NCBI RefSeq assembly: GCF_036365525.1
Contig: NC_090404.1
Span: forward strand, 28,604,149 to 28,668,148
Length of the DNA stretch: 64,000 bases
Direction of reading: 5' to 3'
From: Heterodontus francisci
Taxonomy: Eukaryota
Position 1 is the first letter of the stretch. Each line of letters starts with the position of its first letter. Positions 60,381-64,000 of the stretch are shown piece after piece. The notes under the pieces were generated by a model. The model was not told the DNA's origin and did not search any database. It saw nothing but the letters and a program-made list of their open reading frames with translations. The translations under genes and the position numbers were made by a program.

Positions 60381-63350
60381 CACAAAGCCCTGGTTAGACC
60401 ACACCTGGAGTATTGTGTTCAGTTCTGGGAACCACACCTTAGGAAGGATATATTGGCCTTGGAGGGAGTGCTGTGTAGATTTACCTGAATGATACCTGGA
60501 CTCCAATTGTTACATTACGAGGAGAGATTACACAAATGAGACATAGAGTCATTACAGCACAGAAGGAGGACATTGATCTTTTTGATTCCATCCCACTCTC
60601 TGTAGAGCAATCCAGTCAGCCCCATTCCCCCACTCTATCCCGTAGTCCTGCAGGTTTATTTTCCTCAAGTGCCCATCCAATTTCCTTTTGACATCATTGA
60701 TCGTCTCCGCTTCCACCACCCTCGTAGGCAGTGAGTTCCAGGTCATTACCACTCGCTGTGTAAAGAAAAAAGTTCTTCCTCACATTCCCCCTGTATCTCT
60801 TGCCCAAAACCCTAATCTGTGGCCCCTAATCCTTACACCATCGGCTAATGGGGGCAGTTTTCCTTGTCTACCTTATCTAAACCTAACATTATTTTGAACA
60901 CCTCTGTCAGATTTCCCCTCAATCTCCTGTACGCCAAGGAGAGCAACTCCAACTTCTCCAACCTACATCCTCTCCAGGACCTTCACATCCGTCCTAAAGT
61001 GTGGTGACCAGATCTGGACACAATCCTCTAGTTGTGGCCAAACCAGAGCTTTATAAAGGTTCAGCATAACTTCCCAGCTGTTGCATTCGATACATAGAGA
61101 GATAGGAACAGGAGTAGGCCATTCAGCCCCTTGAGCCTGTCCCGCCATTCAATGAGATCATGGCTGATCTGCAGCCTAACTCCATACACCTGCCTTTGGC
61201 CCATATCCCTTAATATCTTTGCTTAACAAAAATCTATCTCAGATTTAAAATTAACAACTGTTTTAGCTTCACCTGCTGTTTGTGGGAGACAGTTACAAAC
61301 ATCTACCACCCTTTGCATGAAGAAGTGCTTCCTAACATCTCTCCTGAACAGTCTGGCCCTAATTTTTAGACTATGCCTCCTAGTTTTAGAATCTCCAACC
61401 AGTGGAAATAGTTTATCTTTATCTTGCCTGTCTTTTCCTGTTAATATCTTGAAGACTTCAATCAGATCACCCCTTAACCTTCTAAATTCTAGCGTAAACA
61501 GGCCTAATTTGTGTAATGTCTCCTCGTAACTTAACCCCTATAGTTCAGGGATCATTCTTGTAAACCTACGTTGCACTCCCTGCAAGACCTTCCTAAGGTG
61601 TGGTGCCCAGAACTGCTCACAGTACTCCAAGTGGGGTCTAACCAGGGTTTTGTACAGCTGCAGCATAATCTCTGTGTCTTTATACTCCAATCCTCTAGAT
61701 ATAAATGCTAGCATTCCATTAGCCTTTTTGATTATTTTCTGCACTTGCTCGTGGCATTTTAAAGATCTATGCACCTGAATGCCCAAGTCTCTTTGGACAT
61801 CCACTGTACATAGCCTCTTCCCATTAAGAAAGTACCCTACTCTATCCTTTTTTGGTCCAAAATGGATAATCTTGCACGTGCCCGCATTGAAATCCATCTG
61901 CCACAGTTTTGCCCATTCACCTAGTCTATCAATATCTCTTTGAAATTTTATGCTATCATCTAGACTGTCCACAATGCCGCATAACTTTGTATCATCAGCA
62001 AATTTGGATATATGACTTACTATGCCATCATCCAAGTCGTTAATGAATAATGTGAAATAATTGAGGCCCCAACACAGATCCCTGCCTTTCACCACTAGTT
62101 ACATCCTGCCAATCGGAGTACTTACCCATTATCCCCACTCTCTGTCGCCTACCACTCAACCAACTTTATAACCATGTCAATAATTTGCCCTCAACTCCAT
62201 GGGCTTCTACCTGAGTTAACAGTCTCTTATGTGGGACTTTATCAAATGCCTTCTGGAAGTCCATATCAATAACATCCATAGACATTCCCCTGTCCACTAC
62301 CTTAGTCACCTCTTCAAAAAATTCAATGAGATTTGTCTATACCTCTATTTATGAGGCCCAAGATCCCAAATGCTTTGCCAACTATACTCTCAATATGTCC
62401 TGCCACATTCAATGATCTATGCACATGAACCCCCAGGTCCCTTTGACCCTGCACAATCTGAAGAACTGTGCCATTAAGTGTATATTGCCTTGCCTTGTCC
62501 CTTCTACCAGAATACATCACCTCACCATGACGGTTGTACTCCCTGATGAAGTTCTAATGAAAGGTCATTGACCTGAAACATTAACTCTGCTTCTCTCTCC
62601 ACAGATGCTGCCAGACCTGCTGAGTTTTTCCAGCACTTTCTGTTTTTATTTCAGATCTCCAGCATCTGCAGTATTTTGCTCATATTTTAATGTCTGTCTT
62701 ATATTGCTGCCCCCTTGTTCTGACTCACTGATAATTTTAAAGACCTTTATCAGATCTCCTCCTCGTCTTCTCTTTTCCAGAGAAAGGAGCCCCAGCCTGC
62801 TCAATCTTGCTGGATAGTAACATCCTCTCTGGTGACACCTTTGTAAATCTATTCTGCACTTTCTTCAGTGCTTCAATATCATTTTTTAATCTGGAGACCA
62901 GAACTGCTCACAGTCCTTCTAAGTGAGGTTCTCTATAAATTTAACATTCCCTCCCTGCTGTTACATTGTATTCCTCTAGAAAAGAACATCAGCTCTTTCT
63001 TTGCTCTCTTATCCACTTGTGTTGCTCCTTTTAGTGATTTATGTGACTCTGTTCCCAGATCTCTTTGCTCCTCTGCTCCATTTAATTTCTTACATTCTAA
63101 CCAATAACTGGCCTCCTTATTCCTGCTCCCAAAATGAACCAGCTCACATTTCACTATGTTGAATTTCATTTCCCATTTATCTGTCCAGTCTGCCAGCCTG
63201 TTTATGTCTTCCTGGATTTCAGTGCAGTCTCCACATTATTAATTCTACCACCCAGTTTGGTGTCATTTGCAAATTGCAAAAACATCCCTCTAATTCCTGA
63301 GTCCCAATGTGGGTAATGAACAGAAGCTCCATTGTACTTCACACCATAGT
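60380..63350. mobile_element. Nested CR1 fragments, including a younger minus CR1 (~61090-62330) and a Penelope terminus (~62550-62690)
   Basis: ORF 61538..62095 (KFADDTKL...EYCEQFWAP). The rest is colinear with 24980-27065. Confidence 0.85.
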
Positions 63351-63574
63351 TGATGGCCAGGTGTTATGGCCAAGGTGGAGGAGTTAATTCAGCCCCACTT
63401 CTCCACGGGTCACAGCATATGAATAAATTTTCTCACCTATCGACGAATAGCCAATTAGATATTCTATTTCTTCCCAGAATAAAGCACATCAATGAGGTTT
63501 CTTTAAACCACAACAAAATTAACTATTTATTATGATGCTAAGCCTTAACCAATACTTATTTAAAATTTTTAAAA

Positions 63575-64000
63575 ATTCATTCATGGGATGTGGGCGTCGC
63601 TGGCTAAGCCAGCATTTATTGCCCATCCCTAATTGCCCTTGAGAAGGTGGTGGTGAGCCGCCTTCTTGAACCGCTGCAGTCCATGTTGGGTAGGTACACC
63701 CACAGTGCTGTTAGGAAGGGAGTTCCAGGATTTTGACCCAGTGACAGTGAAGGAATGGCGATATAGTTCCATGTCAGGATGGTGTGTGACTTGGAAGGGA
63801 ACTTGCAGGTGGTGGTGTTCCCATGCATTTGCTGCTCTTGTCCTTTTAGTTGGTAGAGGTCGCGGATTTGGAAGGTGCTGTTTAAGGAGCCTTGGTGTGT
63901 TGCTGCAGTGCATCTTGTAGATGGTACACACTGCTGCCACTGTGCATCGCTGGTGAAGGGACTGAATGTTGAAGGTTGTGGATGGGGTGCCATTCAAGTG
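63575..64000 (-). mobile_element. Non-LTR retrotransposon 3' end (L2/CR1-group), runs off the window
   Basis: ORF 63629..63997 is nearly identical to 31443..31805. Confidence 0.85.

Overview
Vertebrate genomic DNA, very probably from a cartilaginous fish (shark or ray), judged from HE1-type V-SINEs, SacSINE1-type DeuSINEs and the CR1 LINE load. The window is a transposon-saturated tandem cluster of C2H2 zinc-finger genes with no visible KRAB domain. It holds one apparently intact 16-finger gene (18421-19794, minus), a shorter 7-finger paralog (55364-55981) and about six plus-strand pseudogene units built from one duplicated module. Other main elements: (i) a 5-kb non-autonomous LTR element with 4-bp TSD, tRNA-Asn primer-binding site, PPT and an env-like remnant, inserted in a CR1 5' UTR; (ii) a young, essentially full-length L1-Tx1 retrotransposon with intact ORF1, inserted between two units of a ~65-bp repeat, a candidate target-specific element; (iii) Penelope-like termini with minimal hammerhead-ribozyme motifs; (iv) hAT- and Harbinger-like MITEs; (v) a tRNA-Val(AAC) pseudogene, CpG/NRF1 promoters and CTCF motifs. 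Most ORF-track entries are fragments or antisense shadows of decayed LINEs. Repeat boundaries were read by eye and are approximate.
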